A stretch of DNA of 64,000 bases from Takakia lepidozioides (lineage: Eukaryota; Plantae; Bryophyta). Location of the stretch: positions 68,076,001 to 68,140,000 of the forward strand of contig CM060732.1 in assembly GCA_030704615.1 (NCBI GenBank), read 5' to 3'. The translations under genes were made by a program, and so were the position numbers. How positions within the stretch are numbered: position 1 is the first letter of the stretch; each line of letters opens with the position of its first letter. The notes under the pieces are model-generated. The model searched no databases. It was not told the origin of the DNA and saw only the letters and a program-made list of their open reading frames with translations. Positions 61,232-64,000 of the stretch are shown here, piece by piece.

Positions 61232-64000
61232 ATGGAGCCGGACGAGAATGGGATGATGATGGCGCAGCATGCATCGCCACTCATGATTGGGTCCGGCCCT
61301 GGCTCAATTGATACAGAGGCAAGCCCTGCAGAAGCAGCCCTAACAGGGCGGGTTGTTGACCTTCGGTCGGACACTGTAACCAAACCAACAGCTGCTATGC
61401 GCGCAGCCATGGCGAGCGCAGAGGTTGATGACGATTTGTTGGGCGTGGATCCAACGGTATTGAAGCTGCAGGAAGATATGGCCAAAGTTTTTGGCAAGGA
61501 AGCTGGTCTATTTGTGCCCTCTGGTACCATGGGGAACCTCATCGCTGTTTTGGTTCATTGCGAGGTCTGTATTCAAGTGTCTTTGGCAACTTAATACTAC
61601 CTCAATTCGAGGTCCGGTGATTTGTTAGGATTAACCGACAACTCAAGTAAAAATCTGTAGCACTTTGTGAAAGTGAAAAAGTTTTCTGAGGGTGAGATGC
61701 ATGCATGTCCCAGCGGCAACTAATTCACTGGCAGATTTCCACTTAGAGTCAAGGTCTGCATTCAGAGCTTTGAGATCAAAGTCTTCTCAACTAATTGGGA
61801 TTTCCTTTGTTGGGTCAATCAGTGTTTTGGTATGTGCATTTGATTCGTGGTGTCAGTCTATTGAAAAAAGTGAAATCTTGGATTGATATATATTGAATAT
61901 TACTGTATGAAATGCCATTTCGATAGGAGCATATAGGAGTGTGCACAACAATGTTGCTTACACGCTCTGCACAGATGCCTGACCCCAGAGTAGCCTGATG
62001 CACCAGGCCATCTAAAGTCTACTAGTTGTTATTCAGGTTCGAGGGAGCGAGGCGATTATAGGGTCAGAGAGCCATATTCATGTGTACGAGCAGGGTGGAA
62101 TCTCAACCCTTGGTGGCGTGCATCCAAAGACGGTTCCTAACCGAGCCGATGGGACCATGGACTTGCGGAAAGTGGAGGCTGCTATCAGACCCCCAAATGA
62201 TGACCACTACCCAAACACCCGCCTCATTTGCATCGAGAACACCCACGCAAGGTAGCCCTAGGTGGTTCAGGGTCTGGAGTTGCTCATGTTTTGTCACTGA
62301 CTTAGTGGTAAGTGCTTGTGTAAGCTCCACCTGATCACCTTGTCACTGGGTGTTGGATTAGTCAAGTAAAGACTTTTATGTGAGGTGTGAATGTAAAGGA
62401 TATGTGATGAAGTTGAAAGAATGTGTGCAGATGTGGAGGAAGATGTGTAACAGCTGAGTACACAGACAAAATTGGAGAGCTAGCCAAATGGTATGGGTTG
62501 AAGGTGCATGTTGATGGCGCCCGCATATTTAACGCCTCCATTGTGAGTCCCGCACAGACTGGAGTATTTGCCAACTATTGATAAGTTGTTGCATGCCTTT
62601 GAGAAGTGGAAAGGTGTCAACTATTTTTTTGTCAAGCTTGGTACAGAGGGAGCGCAGCTGCATTTAAAGGGATTGGTAGCCACTTTTTAATTATTTCTCA
62701 GTGGTTCTCCAGTGAGTTTCTTAAACTGTGTACGCAGGCCATGGGTGTTGCGCCTGAAAGGTTGGTGCGCGCTGCTGATACTGTCTCGGTAAGCTTTCTT
62801 TACTCAAACGAATATGATGTAAGGGAAATAGGTGCATGTCATAGGGTTGAAGTGATGGCAGTGACAATCACATTTGTCTGCCACAATGAATATGCAAAAG
62901 GACAAAAATATTTGTGTGTCTAAAATAATAAGGTATCTTGCCCCAAATTCAGATTGTGGGTTTAAGACGGTTCCCTTAAATCTAGAACCAATGGAGGTCA
63001 TAGTCCCTGTAACAAGCGGTGTCCTAACCCCTATGTAGAGGAGCTCACCATTACAGGGAAATAAGCACCTTTGAGGCACTCGTGGTCAGATGGAATCTGC
63101 ACTGAAATAGGAACCATGGCTTTCCCCAAAAGATTGGGTGATTTCCGCAGTACCGACTAGTACACATCCCTGTGACCAGAAAAGCTCTCTTCAAAAGTTT
63201 CCTTTTACCTTGTAGACCCATCCTGTTTGTGGTGCAGTATGGGGTTGAGGAAAACATTGTCTGAGGGCTGGAATTGAAGTTTCACAGCTTTGATGACAGT
63301 GCAATGTGGTTGTTGTTGGGGTCCTTGGGAAATCAATTTGAGCCGTACTGAGTTCGATACAGTTCCGTACAGTTTTCAAACAATGAGCTTTTTGTGGTCT
63401 AACTCTGGATGAGTTCAGGTGCATTCAGTGACCACACCTGGCTCCATGATACTCTAGTGCACTCATTAGAATTGTCCCATCTTCTATATGTAACCTGCAT
63501 GTTTCCTCAGTAGGCAACAAAATAAATATACGAGATAAATTGAACCAAACACAAGGACCAAGGTTGATATACTTTTGTGTATTTTCAGGTGTGTCTCTCA
63601 AAGGGGTTGGCAGCTCCAGCAGGCACGGTGCTTGTCGGCCCTAATGAGTTCATCACCAAGGTCTGAACTAATTCTTTTGAGTACAAGACGTGGAAGCCGT
63701 TCTAAGTTCTTTTTATTACGACCATTTCAAATGCCTTGTGTTATTGAAAATTTCTTTTCAGCTTATTGGTGTCATGCCATCCACCTTATAATTTTGTCTT
63801 TAGCCCAGTGAAACATTCTGTGACCCTTCTGTCATGGTCCATCCTCACCAGAGGATGAGGAAATTCTTCCAGCCATCATAATGGAATGTGGGGTCTGAAA
63901 TGTGGGGTTTGTATGGCAGGCAAGGAGATTGAGAAAAGCACTAGGTGGAGGGATGCGGCAGGTAGGCGTATTGGCAGCCCCAGGGTTGATTGCCTTGCAT
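61232..64000 (+). CDS. THA1: Low-specificity L-threonine aldolase, 3' end outside the window
   Basis: Exons 61232-61564, 62037-62251, 62431-62542, 62738-62788, 63589-63660, 63920 to end; [33 protein letters not shown] lysine CLSKGL, GGGMRQ. Confidence 0.95.

Overview
Eukaryotic nuclear DNA from a non-seed land plant (bryophyte-like, inferred from spliceosomal introns, many PLS/DYW PPR relics and the TE families). 1-8335 is the right part of a large Mutator-like DNA transposon: a GCM-type Zn-finger/DDE/SWIM transposase on +, a divergent and frameshifted gene with a possible ParB/Srx-like domain on - (runs off the window), and between them about 33 palindromic sites spaced every 53 bp whose half-site resembles the GCM binding motif. 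8336-12390 holds two tail-to-tail PPR-DYW pseudogenes. From 13512 to about 32310 is a CACTA element carrying PPR fragments. Its transposase is split by a young, complete Ty3/Gypsy element (17749-29126) with circularly permuted LTR ends, as expected from integration of a 2-LTR circle. The rest contains LINE, Copia, Helitron and pogo relics, probably Helitron-captured PARP2 and NOT2 exons, and four host genes: a 4-exon secretory PLA2, an intronless GT34 xylosyltransferase, a frameshifted ceQORH-like oxidoreductase and a threonine aldolase that runs off the right edge. All calls are by eye, without database searches.
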